A DNA stretch of 64,000 nt from Candidatus Hodarchaeota archaeon (GCA_048887225.1 JBHLJY010000004.1:1-64000), one strand, 5' to 3'. Positions 29,390-39,863 are shown, numbered from the stretch's first letter. Made by a program: numbers and translations. Notes: generated by a model from the letters alone, not told the origin.

Positions 29390-30139
29390 ATGACGAGGCA
29401 TGGAGGGCAAAAAGTATTAAAGCGATTGAATACACCTAAATTCTTGCAAATAAAACGGAAACACGGGAAATTTTTTGTAAATCCATCTCCAGGGCCTCAT
29501 CCAGCTAGATTTTGTTTACCGCTCTTACATATTGTAAGAGATCTTCTTAAAATTGTTAATACTTATCGAGAAGCAAAAAAATTAATAGGTTTAGGGCATT
29601 TTAAAGTCGATGGGAAAGTCATTAGAGATAAAAATTATCCTGTTGGATTTATGGATGTTTTAACTATTGAAAAAATTAAAAAATATTACCGAATACTTCC
29701 TGATTCTCGCTATGGTTTAATTTTACATGAAATTCCAGAAGAAGAAAGTACCTTCAAATTATGCAGAATTAATCAAAAAACTACAATTAAAGGAGGTCAT
29801 ATTCAACTAAATCTACACGATGGAAAAAATGTTTTAATAAGAGTAAAAGATCCAAGAAATCCTAAAGGGGATGTTTATAAAAGAATGGACGTTTTAAAAA
29901 TTTCAATTCCAGACCAAGAAATCGTTAAAATGTTGAAATTTAAAGAAAATAATTTAGCTTTAATTATGTCTGGTAAAAATATCGGTCAAGTAGGTAAAAT
30001 ATTAAGTATTAAAAAATTGTCTGGTCCGAAAGCGAGTACTGTTTCAATTGAACATAATGGAGAACATACGGAAACTCTATATGATTATACCTTTATTATA
30101 GGTGAAGATCAATCAGAAATTAATCTCCCTAAAGTTTAA
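29390..30139 (+). CDS. rps4e: 30S ribosomal protein eS4
   Basis: LKRL, PSPGPH, YPVGFMDV, QLNLHDG. Confidence 0.97.
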   Translation: MTRHGGQKVLKRLNTPKFLQIKRKHGKFFVNPSPGPHPARFCLPLLHIVRDLLKIVNTYREAKKLIGLGHFKVDGKVIRDKNYPVGFMDVLTIEKIKKYYRILPDSRYGLILHEIPEEESTFKLCRINQKTTIKGGHIQLNLHDGKNVLIRVKDPRNPKGDVYKRMDVLKISIPDQEIVKMLKFKENNLALIMSGKNIGQVGKILSIKKLSGPKASTVSIEHNGEHTETLYDYTFIIGEDQSEINLPKV

Positions 30140-30164
30140 AAATAAAAAAGAAGTGAGAATTTAA

Positions 30165-30746
30165 ATGTCTTCCAAAGCCAAAAAAACTCAAAAAACTAAT
30201 TTTAATGATATATGGAAAAATCCAATGAAAAGACCATATCTTGAAAAGATCGTATTAAACATAGGTGTTGGTGCTGGTGGGGAAGAATTAGAGAGAGCAG
30301 CAACAGTTTTAGTACAAATTACAGGAAAAAAAGCAGTAAAAACAATATCAAAAAAAAATGTAAAAGAGTTTAATTTAAGGAAGGGTCGCCCCATAGGGAC
30401 AAAAGTAACAGTTCGCAGAGAAGAAGCAGAAAAATTATTAAAACGATTATTAATCGTTAATAACAATAAAATACTCAGAAAAAGTTATGATAATTACGGA
30501 AATTTTGGTTTTGGAATACCAGAACATATTTCAATTCCAGGAATTGAATACGATACCGAAATTGGGATCTGGGGTCTAAATGTATGTGGGAGAATCGTGA
30601 GACCTGGAATGAGAGTAAGATATCGAAGAGCAAAAAGAGCTAAGATCCCAAAAAAACATTATATTTCACGTTTGGAATCACAAGAATTCTTAAAACAACA
30701 TTTTAATGTTCAAATTGTAAAAGAATTAGATTTAGAATTCGTATAA
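30165..30746 (+). CDS. rpl5: 50S ribosomal protein uL5
   Basis: EKIVLNIGVG, GNFGFGIPEHI. Confidence 0.97.
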   Translation: MSSKAKKTQKTNFNDIWKNPMKRPYLEKIVLNIGVGAGGEELERAATVLVQITGKKAVKTISKKNVKEFNLRKGRPIGTKVTVRREEAEKLLKRLLIVNNNKILRKSYDNYGNFGFGIPEHISIPGIEYDTEIGIWGLNVCGRIVRPGMRVRYRRAKRAKIPKKHYISRLESQEFLKQHFNVQIVKELDLEFV

Positions 30747-30768
30747 TAAAATAAAGGTGAATAAAAAA

Positions 30769-30918
30769 ATACCTCAAGGAGGACATGCAGGAAAAGGGAA
30801 AAGAGAGTGTAGACGCTGCCATAGTCATAGAGCAATAATTAGACGCTATGGATTATATCTATGTAGAAGATGTTTTTATGAAATAGGAAAAGATATTGGA
30901 TTTAAGAGGTATGAATAA
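30769..30918 (+). CDS. rps14: 30S ribosomal protein uS14, zinc-binding (start ATA 30769 or GTG 30757); missed by the ORF track
   Basis: GKGKRECRRC.....IIRRYGLYLCRRCF.E....IGFKRYE. Confidence 0.93.
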   Translation: MPQGGHAGKGKRECRRCHSHRAIIRRYGLYLCRRCFYEIGKDIGFKRYE

Positions 30919-30937
30919 AAAATAGGAGTGAATAAAT

Positions 30938-31321
30938 GTGGTAAATACATTAGCTGATGCGTGTAATCAATTGAAAAATGCAGAGTTTGCAAAAAAGAAA
31001 GAGGTAATCGTTAGACCTGCTTCAAAATTGCTTCAGAGAGTGTTAAGAATCTTCCAAGCACACGCGTATATTGGTGAATTCGAACGATATGATGATGGAA
31101 GACAAGGAAAGTTCAAAATAGCTCTATTGGGCAGGATTAATGAATGCAAAGCTTTAATGCGTTTGAATTACAACGTAAACCAATTTGAAGCGTTAGAAAG
31201 AAAATTATTACCCGCTCCGGGTTTAGGAATTATTGTTTTAACAACAAATCAAGGAATAATGACCTTGAAAGAAGCAGAAGAAAAAAGTATTGGTGGGCAC
31301 TCTTTATGTTATATATATTAA
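30938..31321 (+). CDS. rps8: 30S ribosomal protein uS8
   Basis: LADA..., RPASK, LTTNQGIMT, IGG. Confidence 0.96.
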   Translation: MVNTLADACNQLKNAEFAKKKEVIVRPASKLLQRVLRIFQAHAYIGEFERYDDGRQGKFKIALLGRINECKALMRLNYNVNQFEALERKLLPAPGLGIIVLTTNQGIMTLKEAEEKSIGGHSLCYIY

Positions 31322-31344
31322 TTAGATTATTGGGTTAAAGTAAA

Positions 31345-31926
31345 ATGGTTAAAATAGCTAATTTTAATGCATCACTGGAAATTCCTAAGGGTGTCGAGGT
31401 TAAAATTGAGGGTAATAATTTAATTACAATAAAAGGACCTAATGGAGGTCCTATAATAAAAAATTTCAGTCACGCTCGTAAAATAAAAATATCAATTGAG
31501 GATAATAAAATTGTATTTAACTCACATTTCCCTAGAACAAATACCATCGCCTTAGCAAAAACGATAATTAATATTATTAATAATTTAATTGCTGGAGTGC
31601 TAACACCATATAAATATATATCTAAAATTTGTTATTCTCATTTCCCTTTTAGCGTGCGAGCCGACAAGAAAAAACAAATACTATATATTGAAAATTTTTT
31701 AGGAGAAAGAGCTCCAAGAAAGGCTAAAATTGAGGAAAATGTAAAAGTTGAAATTGATGGAGATGATATAATTTTAATTGGTAGTGATAAAGAAACGTTA
31801 GGTCAAACTGCTGCAAATTTAAAAAGATCTTGTAAAATTCGTAAGAAAGATGCACGAGTTTTTCAAGATGGTGTTTATTTATATAAGAAACAAATAGGCG
31901 ACAATATAATATGGCAGATAAAATAA
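31345..31926 (+). CDS. rpl6: 50S ribosomal protein uL6
   Basis: YSHFP, NFLGE, D.RVFQDGVY. Confidence 0.96.
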   Translation: MVKIANFNASLEIPKGVEVKIEGNNLITIKGPNGGPIIKNFSHARKIKISIEDNKIVFNSHFPRTNTIALAKTIINIINNLIAGVLTPYKYISKICYSHFPFSVRADKKKQILYIENFLGERAPRKAKIEENVKVEIDGDDIILIGSDKETLGQTAANLKRSCKIRKKDARVFQDGVYLYKKQIGDNIIWQIK

Positions 31927-31950
31927 TTTAAACGATAAGAGGTAATAATT

Positions 31951-32466
31951 ATGGATCAAAGTACAAGAAGGCTATTAAAACTTAGAAAAAAGATGGATAA
32001 AAAAAGACCGTCGTTTAGAAGAGTTGAATCTTGGCGTTACGTTAGAGTTAAGGATTCGTGGAGAAAAGCAAGAGGTATAGATTCACAAACGAGGAAAAAA
32101 ACTAAAACAGGTGTAAAATCTCCATCAGTTGGATATAGAAATCCTAAAAAAATACGAGGTTTACACCCGTCTGGCTACGAAGAGGTAAGATTAAATAATA
32201 AAAACGACATAGAGAGGTTAAATTTAAGTCCAAAAAAACATGCTTTAAAGATTTCTGGTAAGTTAGGGGCAAAAAAACGATTAGAATTAATAGATTATGC
32301 ACAAAAAAGAAATTTTCATATACTTAATATTGGAATTTCTCAAAAGGAGATAGAAGAATTTGAAGCTATGTTGGAGTCTCCTATTGAGGAGTTAGAAGAA
32401 GAAGAGTTTCTTGAAGAGGAAGAACTTGATATTGATGAATTAGATGAAGATCAAAAAAAGGGATGA
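31951..32466 (+). CDS. rpl32e: 50S ribosomal protein eL32
   Basis: WRKARGID, GLHPSG. Confidence 0.96.
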   Translation: MDQSTRRLLKLRKKMDKKRPSFRRVESWRYVRVKDSWRKARGIDSQTRKKTKTGVKSPSVGYRNPKKIRGLHPSGYEEVRLNNKNDIERLNLSPKKHALKISGKLGAKKRLELIDYAQKRNFHILNIGISQKEIEEFEAMLESPIEELEEEEFLEEEELDIDELDEDQKKG

Positions 32467-32470
32467 TAAA

Positions 32471-32926
32471 ATGAATTTAAATGCTCAGAGAAGAATGGCA
32501 GCGGAAATTTTAAAATGTGGTGTAAATCGAGTCTATTTTGATCCATACCTCGGGGAAGAAATTGCTATGGCAATTACTAGAGAGGATATTCGCAACTTAA
32601 TTAAAGAGGGGATTATCCAAAAGCGATATAAAAAAGGGATTTCAAGTTATAGAAAAAAAATTCGGCATCAAAGAAAAAAAAAAGGTTTAGCGAGAGGTTT
32701 GGGAAAAAGAAAAGGAACAAAACACGCAAGACTTCCAAAAAAAGAAGTGTGGATTAGAAGGATTAGACCAATTAGAAAAGAATTAAAAAAACTTAGAGAC
32801 CGGAAATTAATAACAACTCCAACTTATCGAAAATTATACAAAAAAGCAAAAGGAGGAATATTTAACAGCGTTTCTCAATTAAATCGCTATATTAAAGACA
32901 AAGAATTATTTAGGAGAGGGAGGTAA
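32471..32926 (+). CDS. rpl19e: 50S ribosomal protein eL19
   Basis: QRRMAAEILKCG, AITREDIR, GKRKG. Confidence 0.96.
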   Translation: MNLNAQRRMAAEILKCGVNRVYFDPYLGEEIAMAITREDIRNLIKEGIIQKRYKKGISSYRKKIRHQRKKKGLARGLGKRKGTKHARLPKKEVWIRRIRPIRKELKKLRDRKLITTPTYRKLYKKAKGGIFNSVSQLNRYIKDKELFRRGR

Positions 32927-32927
32927 A

Positions 32928-33521
32928 ATGGCTCGCGGGCCACGATATAGAAGATCATTTAGAAGAAGAGAACTGGGAAAAACAAATTACTATAAAAGAT
33001 TAAAACTTTTAAAGTCAAGAATATTGAGATTGGTTATTAGAATTTCTAATAGCCATGTAAGAGTTCAATTTATTGAGTCTAAGAGAGGCGGAGATAAAGT
33101 ATTAATATCTGCTTTTTCCAAAGAATTATCTAAAAAGTTTGGATATAATGCTAATACTGGTAACATTCCTGCGGCATATTTAACTGGTTATCTAGCAGGG
33201 TTAAGAGCAGAGAAAGCAAAGATTGATAACGCAATACTTGATTTAGGCATATTTTATCATAAAAATCGCGCTCTAGCTGCATTCAAAGGAGTTTTGAAAG
33301 CAGGGATTAATATTCCCTATCGTGAAGAGTTTTTCCCAGAAAGTTTAGAAGAAAGAATAAAAGGATCTCATATTGAAAATTATGCAAAATTATTAAAAAA
33401 AGATGAGCCAGAAAAATTCACTCAAATTTTTTCTGGATATTTAAATAAGAACAAAATAGATCCATTAAAAATAAACCAAATCTTTTCAAATACATTAAAG
33501 TTGATTGAAAACAACGCTTAA
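32928..33521 (+). CDS. rpl18: 50S ribosomal protein uL18
   Basis: GKTNYYKR, AAYLTG, LDLG. Confidence 0.96.
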   Translation: MARGPRYRRSFRRRELGKTNYYKRLKLLKSRILRLVIRISNSHVRVQFIESKRGGDKVLISAFSKELSKKFGYNANTGNIPAAYLTGYLAGLRAEKAKIDNAILDLGIFYHKNRALAAFKGVLKAGINIPYREEFFPESLEERIKGSHIENYAKLLKKDEPEKFTQIFSGYLNKNKIDPLKINQIFSNTLKLIENNA

Positions 33522-33537
33522 TTCCATAATGATACCA

Positions 33538-34152
33538 ATGAGTCGATTAAGAAAAGTAGAAGAAGTATGGATTCCGAAGACTAAGCTAGGAGAATTAGTT
33601 AAAGAAGGATTAATAAACCTCGATCAAATTTATCAAAATAATCTAGTAGTTAAAGAAAAAGAAATAATCGATGTTCTTCTGCCACAACTCGCTGAAGATG
33701 TAATCATAATAAAAATGGTCCAGCAAATGACTGCTAGCGGACAAAAATCTAGATTCAAAGCCGTTGTAATCGTAGGTTCTGACGGATTTTTAGGTGTTGG
33801 CGCAGCAAAAAGTAGAGAAGTTGGTCCAGCAATCAGAAAAGCAATAGATAAAGCAAAACTTTCGGTGGTTCCAGTTTTAAGGGGTTGTGGTAGTAAAGAA
33901 TGTGGATGTGGTGGAACTCACAGTATCCCGTTTAAAGTTCAAGGAAAATGTGGAAGCATTAGAATTCAACTCATTCCCTCTCCAGCAGGCGTAGGATTAG
34001 CATGTGCAGATAAGGTTAAACAAGTATTAAAGTTGTGCGGTATCGAAGATATCTGGAGTAAAACTTTTGGAGATACCCGAACCAGCGAAAATCTAGTAAA
34101 AGCTACGTTTGATGCTCTTAAAAACGCTCATAAATTTAATTTTAATATTTAA
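33538..34152 (+). CDS. rps5: 30S ribosomal protein uS5
   Basis: WIPKTKLG, RGCGS, HSIPFKV.GK. Confidence 0.96.
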   Translation: MSRLRKVEEVWIPKTKLGELVKEGLINLDQIYQNNLVVKEKEIIDVLLPQLAEDVIIIKMVQQMTASGQKSRFKAVVIVGSDGFLGVGAAKSREVGPAIRKAIDKAKLSVVPVLRGCGSKECGCGGTHSIPFKVQGKCGSIRIQLIPSPAGVGLACADKVKQVLKLCGIEDIWSKTFGDTRTSENLVKATFDALKNAHKFNFNI

Positions 34153-34166
34153 ATTGAGTGGTTGAA

Positions 34167-34694
34167 ATGGCCATGGTAAAAAAAAAACCAAAACTAAAAC
34201 AAGGAACAGATTTCACACCAAAACTTTTTTTCGCAATTCGAATAAGAGGTGCTCCAGGTATGAGAACAAAGATCCTTGATACATTAAAAATGCTAAGAAT
34301 GCATAAAATAAACCATGGCGTCTTGATATGGGCTGAAAAAAGTTATTGGGGTATGTTAAATAAATGTAAGGATTATATCGCTTACGGAGAAATTGAGGAG
34401 AAAACTTTAGTAAGGTTATTGAGAGTTAGAGGAAGGATTGAAGGAAATAAACCACTCACAGACGAACATATTAAAAATCTTACCGAATTTAAAACAGTAA
34501 AAGATTTTGCTAAAGCCTTATTAAATGGTAAGATACAATATAGAGAAAAAGATGTTTATAAACTCAAACCCGTTTTCAGAATGCATCCACCAAGAAAAGG
34601 TCATCGCGGATCAATAAAAAAACATTACCCTGAGGGTGGAACTCTTGGTAATGTTGGAGATTATATCAATATTTTAATCCATAAAATGCTATAA
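34167..34694 (+). CDS. rpl30: 50S ribosomal protein uL30
   Basis: AIRIRG, DYIAYGE, FRMHPPRKG. Confidence 0.95.
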   Translation: MAMVKKKPKLKQGTDFTPKLFFAIRIRGAPGMRTKILDTLKMLRMHKINHGVLIWAEKSYWGMLNKCKDYIAYGEIEEKTLVRLLRVRGRIEGNKPLTDEHIKNLTEFKTVKDFAKALLNGKIQYREKDVYKLKPVFRMHPPRKGHRGSIKKHYPEGGTLGNVGDYINILIHKML

Positions 34695-34712
34695 TTGAGA
34701 ATGTGATGCTAT

Positions 34713-35177
34713 ATGAGAAAATTTTCTAAAAGAATTCGAAAAATGAGAGGTACTCGCACCTGTGGATATGGGAAAGTAGGACAACATCGAAAAACGGGTC
34801 AGCGTGCGGGAAGAGGTAAAACCACTCAATGGAAAAAAAGTAAAAGATCATTATATTTAAAACAAAAAGAACTCGGATTTCCAGACCCAGATTGGATAAT
34901 GGGAAAAAGAGGCTTTAAAAGACCTCAAGATATGGTCCGCCTTTCTAAAATTAATGCAATTAATGTTAAAGGTTTAGATTACAAAATTGAGAAAATTGCG
35001 ACAAAATCAGCTGATACTTATACAATAAATTTAGACGATCTCAATATTCAAAAACTACTAGGTCGGGGTCAGACTAACAAAAAAATTAATGTATCCGTCA
35101 AAAAAGCCTCTAAAAGAGCAATTGAAAAAATTGAAGCGGCTGGCGGTAGAGTTACTCTTCTCTCTGAAGCAAAATAA
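34713..35177 (+). CDS. rpl15: 50S ribosomal protein uL15
   Basis: RGTRTCGYG, KLLGRG, AIEKIEAAGG. Confidence 0.96.
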   Translation: MRKFSKRIRKMRGTRTCGYGKVGQHRKTGQRAGRGKTTQWKKSKRSLYLKQKELGFPDPDWIMGKRGFKRPQDMVRLSKINAINVKGLDYKIEKIATKSADTYTINLDDLNIQKLLGRGQTNKKINVSVKKASKRAIEKIEAAGGRVTLLSEAK

Positions 35178-35271
35178 TTTAGTTCATGTTATTTCCTTTA
35201 CTTTTTCTCAAAACTAATGTTGGATTTTGAATCTTTAAATCAAATTTTAATGCGTAAGGCATTAATAAATT

Positions 35272-35910
35272 TTACGAGATATCCAGCATTTTGTATATCA
35301 ATTGGATTAATCCGGGCAAAATAAATATAAATCCAAGCATGTTTCCAATTAAATGTATCGTAGTGAACGGCAACCCTATAATGTAAGTGGGCCAAAACGA
35401 TTCGATTGATCCATAAAAAACTAACGCACCAATTAAAGTTGAAATAACATCAAAAGTAAATGTAATCAATGCTCCAATGATAGCAAAAGTTAATAAAATA
35501 GAAAATACATATAAATCCTCCTCGGGTTTAAAAAATTCTTTCTTACTTAAGAAATCACACATTACACCTCCTAACAATCCAACTGAAGCATAATGAGCTA
35601 ATTGATACGCAAATAAGGGTATAGGAGAAATCCCATAAGGATTAAAAAATACAAAAATGAATGAACTCATTATACCAACTATCGCACCATCTCGTTTACC
35701 CATTATAAAACCTGATAAAAATATCATTAAAGTGAATAACTCGATATTCGGAATAAACACCAATGCATAACCTAAAACTACTGCTAAAGCAGTAAAAATA
35801 CCTATCAGTGCAGATCGGAAAGACTTTCTCTCGAGCCATACTGTTTGACTTGATTTTTCCCCTTCTTTTATTAGATTTCTGTCCGATTTTTCTTTTGATT
35901 TTAAATCCAA
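35272..35910 (-). CDS. ECF transporter S component (CbrT-like)
   Basis: ALAVV...IPNIE, G...G..VG, GLPFTTIH..GN; about 6 TM. Confidence 0.7.
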   Translation of the reverse strand: MDLKSKEKSDRNLIKEGEKSSQTVWLERKSFRSALIGIFTALAVVLGYALVFIPNIELFTLMIFLSGFIMGKRDGAIVGIMSSFIFVFFNPYGISPIPLFAYQLAHYASVGLLGGVMCDFLSKKEFFKPEEDLYVFSILLTFAIIGALITFTFDVISTLIGALVFYGSIESFWPTYIIGLPFTTIHLIGNMLGFIFILPGLIQLIYKMLDIS

Positions 35911-36060
35911 AAATATTACCTTATGCTTGTTTTTAATAGTTCTAAGTTCAAATAGTCAAAACATTTTTAATTGATATAATATTTTTTTCTTTAAGAACTT
36001 TTAGGAAACTTATCCTATACTTTCGAAAAACAAGACCTCTAAACTTCTAATCACAACAAA

Positions 36061-37920
36061 ATGAAAAAAAATCTATTATTAATAGGACTATTCATCTTTA
36101 TAATGGCAATCGGAGCCATAATTTTTTACTCAACACTCCAAAATAATGGATTTGAGGAAGATACTATATCTTCTTCAAATCACATGTCTAAACCTAAATC
36201 AGCTTCTATTCCTTCAAATTATAGTCAAGATTTAGGTTTAGATGGTGTTTATATATATAATGTAACTGATTTCGGCGGACCTACGGGTTATTACAATTTT
36301 ACACCTTGGCCTGCACCCTCATTTGAAGGAAATTGGGAGGCAAAAACAGGCGGGCAAATCAAAATTAATTTTACAGGTTTTTACAATGAGAATCCACTAT
36401 GGTGGGGAGATATTTATTATGATTCAATTCCTTGGATGGACATTGAGATCATGAAGAATGATTCAGGTGTGCTAGTGAGTAATTTTACTTTAACAAATAG
36501 ATCGAATACTGAGATATCATATAACCTAATCCTCGGCTATAGTAGTTTTCAGCCAGGTTTTCTTATTCCTATTGATAATTTAACAAATATTAAGAAAATC
36601 GCGATTGAAGAAGCTCCTAAAGGTTACTTCTCAGGACAGTCTATTGTTGAAGAGTCTTTTCATTTTCTTCATATTGATTACGAGAACATAGGTGGAACGA
36701 CAACTAATTTACTTTATGATAAATCGACTGGTTTATTAGTTTGGGCAAAACTATCCTTGGGAGGATATCAAATGGAAATAAAATCACTGAACCTTACTTA
36801 TAATTTAGATTTAACATATAATTATACTGTAAGCGAGTATGGTGAGCCTTTAAAATGGTTTAATTTATCAGGTGATTTCAGAGGAAATGTAAATACTAAT
36901 GTGACTGGTATAGTCAGAGTTAATTTTACGGGCAATTACGACAAAGAAGTTAATGATGAAAGTATTTTTGATAACCCTATTCCTTGGATAAATATAGCTT
37001 TTATTGAAAATAATACTGGAATTTTGAATACTAATTTTACTCTAAGTAATATATCTAATAGTGAAGCAGCGATTAATCTTCAATTAGGATTTAATAATTT
37101 TAGCTCCGGATTTCTTATTCCTACTGATAATATAACATCCTTAATTAATAATGCCACCAATGAATACTTAAGAAATCCATCAAACTGTCTTATTTTTATA
37201 GCTGAAGAAACAGGATTAACAGTTAAATTCATTTTCATAGAAACAGGCGGAGTTAATTTCACTTCCATTATTTATGATAAATTCACAGGTCTTTTAATGT
37301 CGATGAGAACAGTTTCTGGAGATTTCTTGCTCGATATGGAGATAGTTTTATATTATGAAGAATCTGATACAGTTCCACCTCCCAATCCATATTCTAAAAC
37401 AGTTTATGACACAGAAGAGGAAAAAGGAGATAGAGAATTTGCTAATTTTATAGTGCCGTTTTTACTATTAGGATTTGGTGCTGGAGCGTCAATTGGGTTG
37501 CTAATATGGAAAAAAGACATTAAAACACTAAAATACTTATTCACTGGAATTTTGGGCTCTTTATGCTTTAGTTCTCTTATCTTTTTTAATTATTGGCTTA
37601 CAACGGGTATTGCTTCCACTGATGAGACTGAAACACCTTCTGAAGTTGTAGAACATATTACCTTAATCGTAGAATTTGCAGATGATAACATAAAAAGATG
37701 GGAAGATTTTACACTTTATGGAGGTAAAACCACCGTATTAGATGCTTTAGATAAGTATTGTGATATAGAATATGATGATTATGGATGGGGTGTATTAGTT
37801 ACTGAGATAGATGGTATAGAGGGTGACTGGTTATACGAAGTTAATGGTGAAAAACCAAGTCATGGAGCCGATAAGCATTATCTCAGGGATGGAGATGAAA
37901 TTAAATGGGTTTTGCAATAA
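36061..37920 (+). CDS. Membrane-anchored glycoprotein with duplicated extracellular domain and C-terminal DUF4430 (transcobalamin-like) domain
   Basis: N-terminal TM, two ~190-aa repeats, 2 TM, then TVLDAL...GVLVTEIDG...WLYEVNG....GA....L.DGD.I.W. Confidence 0.75.
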   Translation: MKKNLLLIGLFIFIMAIGAIIFYSTLQNNGFEEDTISSSNHMSKPKSASIPSNYSQDLGLDGVYIYNVTDFGGPTGYYNFTPWPAPSFEGNWEAKTGGQIKINFTGFYNENPLWWGDIYYDSIPWMDIEIMKNDSGVLVSNFTLTNRSNTEISYNLILGYSSFQPGFLIPIDNLTNIKKIAIEEAPKGYFSGQSIVEESFHFLHIDYENIGGTTTNLLYDKSTGLLVWAKLSLGGYQMEIKSLNLTYNLDLTYNYTVSEYGEPLKWFNLSGDFRGNVNTNVTGIVRVNFTGNYDKEVNDESIFDNPIPWINIAFIENNTGILNTNFTLSNISNSEAAINLQLGFNNFSSGFLIPTDNITSLINNATNEYLRNPSNCLIFIAEETGLTVKFIFIETGGVNFTSIIYDKFTGLLMSMRTVSGDFLLDMEIVLYYEESDTVPPPNPYSKTVYDTEEEKGDREFANFIVPFLLLGFGAGASIGLLIWKKDIKTLKYLFTGILGSLCFSSLIFFNYWLTTGIASTDETETPSEVVEHITLIVEFADDNIKRWEDFTLYGGKTTVLDALDKYCDIEYDDYGWGVLVTEIDGIEGDWLYEVNGEKPSHGADKHYLRDGDEIKWVLQ

Positions 37921-37978
37921 ATAATTTTTGTTTTTCTAAAAGAAGAAGATTAATCTTCCATATTTCAAATTAAAGATA

Positions 37979-38407
37979 TTATTTACGTGCTATTTCCTTT
38001 AGAATTGGATCCATTATCTTGAATGCCTTTTTGACCTTATGGACATAATAACCAAGTTTAAAAGTTTTTTTACAGTTGGTAAATAGCATAAAATCGTTAT
38101 CTTTATCACCTACTAATATGATAGTGTAACCTTGAGTGCCTTTAATTAAGATTTCTTTTAATTCGCCTTGATTTAGTCCTTCACTAATTTTCTCACCTAA
38201 CGAGATTAAAGTGGCAGGACTTGCACTATAAATATCCGCGACCACATCTGCAGTCTCTGAACTAGCAACTCTTAAACCAGTCTTAGAAACTATTGCAGTA
38301 CCTTCTAAATCAGTGCTACTTTCAAGTGTTTCTAACGCACGCATTAAATCGTCTAATATCTCTTGATTTATCTCGTATTCTTTCTGTGATCCTTGCATAT
38401 TTTCCAT
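37979..38407 (-). CDS. Roadblock/LC7 domain protein
   Basis: AIVSKTGL.VAS, L.QGELKEILIKG..G. Confidence 0.85.
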   Translation of the reverse strand: MENMQGSQKEYEINQEILDDLMRALETLESSTDLEGTAIVSKTGLRVASSETADVVADIYSASPATLISLGEKISEGLNQGELKEILIKGTQGYTIILVGDKDNDFMLFTNCKKTFKLGYYVHKVKKAFKIMDPILKEIARK

Positions 38408-38447
38408 TTAAACAACCTCACTTATTAATATTATAATTTTTGGTAAT

Positions 38448-39863
38448 TTAAATTTTTTTTATACTAAAACTTCTCAATTCTTTTAACAAAACTGGATCCC
38501 CCTTTGATACTTCTATATCTTTACTTTCAATTCCGACAATCACAGCTCCTTTTGTTCCAAATGTTCCAAGAATTTTTGTAAAAGGTGGCTCCAGCTGCCT
38601 TCCTACTATTTTTTTTGCTCCAGCAGCACTTTGTGCTAAACCTGTACTAATTATCCCTTGAGAATGATCTGGATTTTTAATATATCCTTTTTTTACCTTG
38701 TATTTATAGAATTGCGGAGATACTGAATGAATTTTTGTCAATTCTGCGGACCCTAATATTCTAAGTGTGGTTGGCGGTAAGTCTAATCGACTTAGAAGCA
38801 TTATTTTTTTTTTTCTAATTAAAACCTTTTCTTTTAGCCATAAAAAAGCTTTAAATCCCTTATCTTTATTAGTTGCAATTTTTTGAATCTTTTTACCATC
38901 TAATTCATAATAAGGATAAAGATTTCCTATAACTGTATGCATTCCTATAGTAACATGAACTTGCGTTCCAAAATGAGTTTCAGGTTTGAATAAATTATTA
39001 TTATTTACTCTAACTTCGAGAATTTCCCCATAATCAAAAGCTTCGGGATTATTGGTAGCATAACACCCTCTATATATTTTCTTAACATCTAAATTTTTTA
39101 TATTTATTCCTACTCTATCTCCAGCTTTAGCATTTTCTACATTTTCATGAAATATTTGAATTGATTTTACTCTGCCTGAGGTATTTATGGGCAATACAAT
39201 TAAATTATCATTTATTTTCACTTGACCCTTTAATATAGTACCTGTTATAATAGCTCCCATACCCTTAATTGAAAAATGATGGTCTATAGGGATAATAATA
39301 GGCTCATCCAAATCTCTTTTAATTTTTATAGGTTTGATTGTTTCAAGGATACCTTTCTTTAATTCATTAAATCCAGTTTTTTCTTTGGCAGATATAGCAA
39401 ATATAGGTATATTTGAACCGAAAGAAGTTGAATTAAAAAAATTTCTCGTATTTTTAATTTGTTCCTCAATATTTCCTTTAAATAAATCAGTTTTATTTAA
39501 GACAACTAATATTTTTTGGATTCCAAGCGACTCAATCATAATGAGATGTTCGCCAGTTTGAACTTGCGGACCTTTATTTATATCTATTACAACTATCGCA
39601 AGATCTATAATTTCGACAGATGAAGCGCTAATCCTAATCAAATCAGCATGTCCAGGTCCATCAACTAAAGTTATTAGATATTTATCCAAGATAAAGCTTG
39701 TAAACCCCAAATCGATAGTAATACCTCTTTCCTTACTTTGAGGATGAGCATCAATACCGGCGGTAGATATAATTTCACTTAAAACTGCGGCAATTGCAGT
39801 TTTACCAGAATCGATATGACCGAATAATCCAAGATGTACTGGAATTTTTTTTTCAAGATCCAT
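38448..39863 (-). CDS. selB: Selenocysteine-specific elongation factor (aSelB/EFSec)
   Basis: GHIDSGKT, D.HPQS.ERGITIDLGF, QTGEHL, DHHFSIKG.G...TG; tRNA-Sec and SepSecS nearby. Confidence 0.88.
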   Translation of the reverse strand: MDLEKKIPVHLGLFGHIDSGKTAIAAVLSEIISTAGIDAHPQSKERGITIDLGFTSFILDKYLITLVDGPGHADLIRISASSVEIIDLAIVVIDINKGPQVQTGEHLIMIESLGIQKILVVLNKTDLFKGNIEEQIKNTRNFFNSTSFGSNIPIFAISAKEKTGFNELKKGILETIKPIKIKRDLDEPIIIPIDHHFSIKGMGAIITGTILKGQVKINDNLIVLPINTSGRVKSIQIFHENVENAKAGDRVGINIKNLDVKKIYRGCYATNNPEAFDYGEILEVRVNNNNLFKPETHFGTQVHVTIGMHTVIGNLYPYYELDGKKIQKIATNKDKGFKAFLWLKEKVLIRKKKIMLLSRLDLPPTTLRILGSAELTKIHSVSPQFYKYKVKKGYIKNPDHSQGIISTGLAQSAAGAKKIVGRQLEPPFTKILGTFGTKGAVIVGIESKDIEVSKGDPVLLKELRSFSIKKI

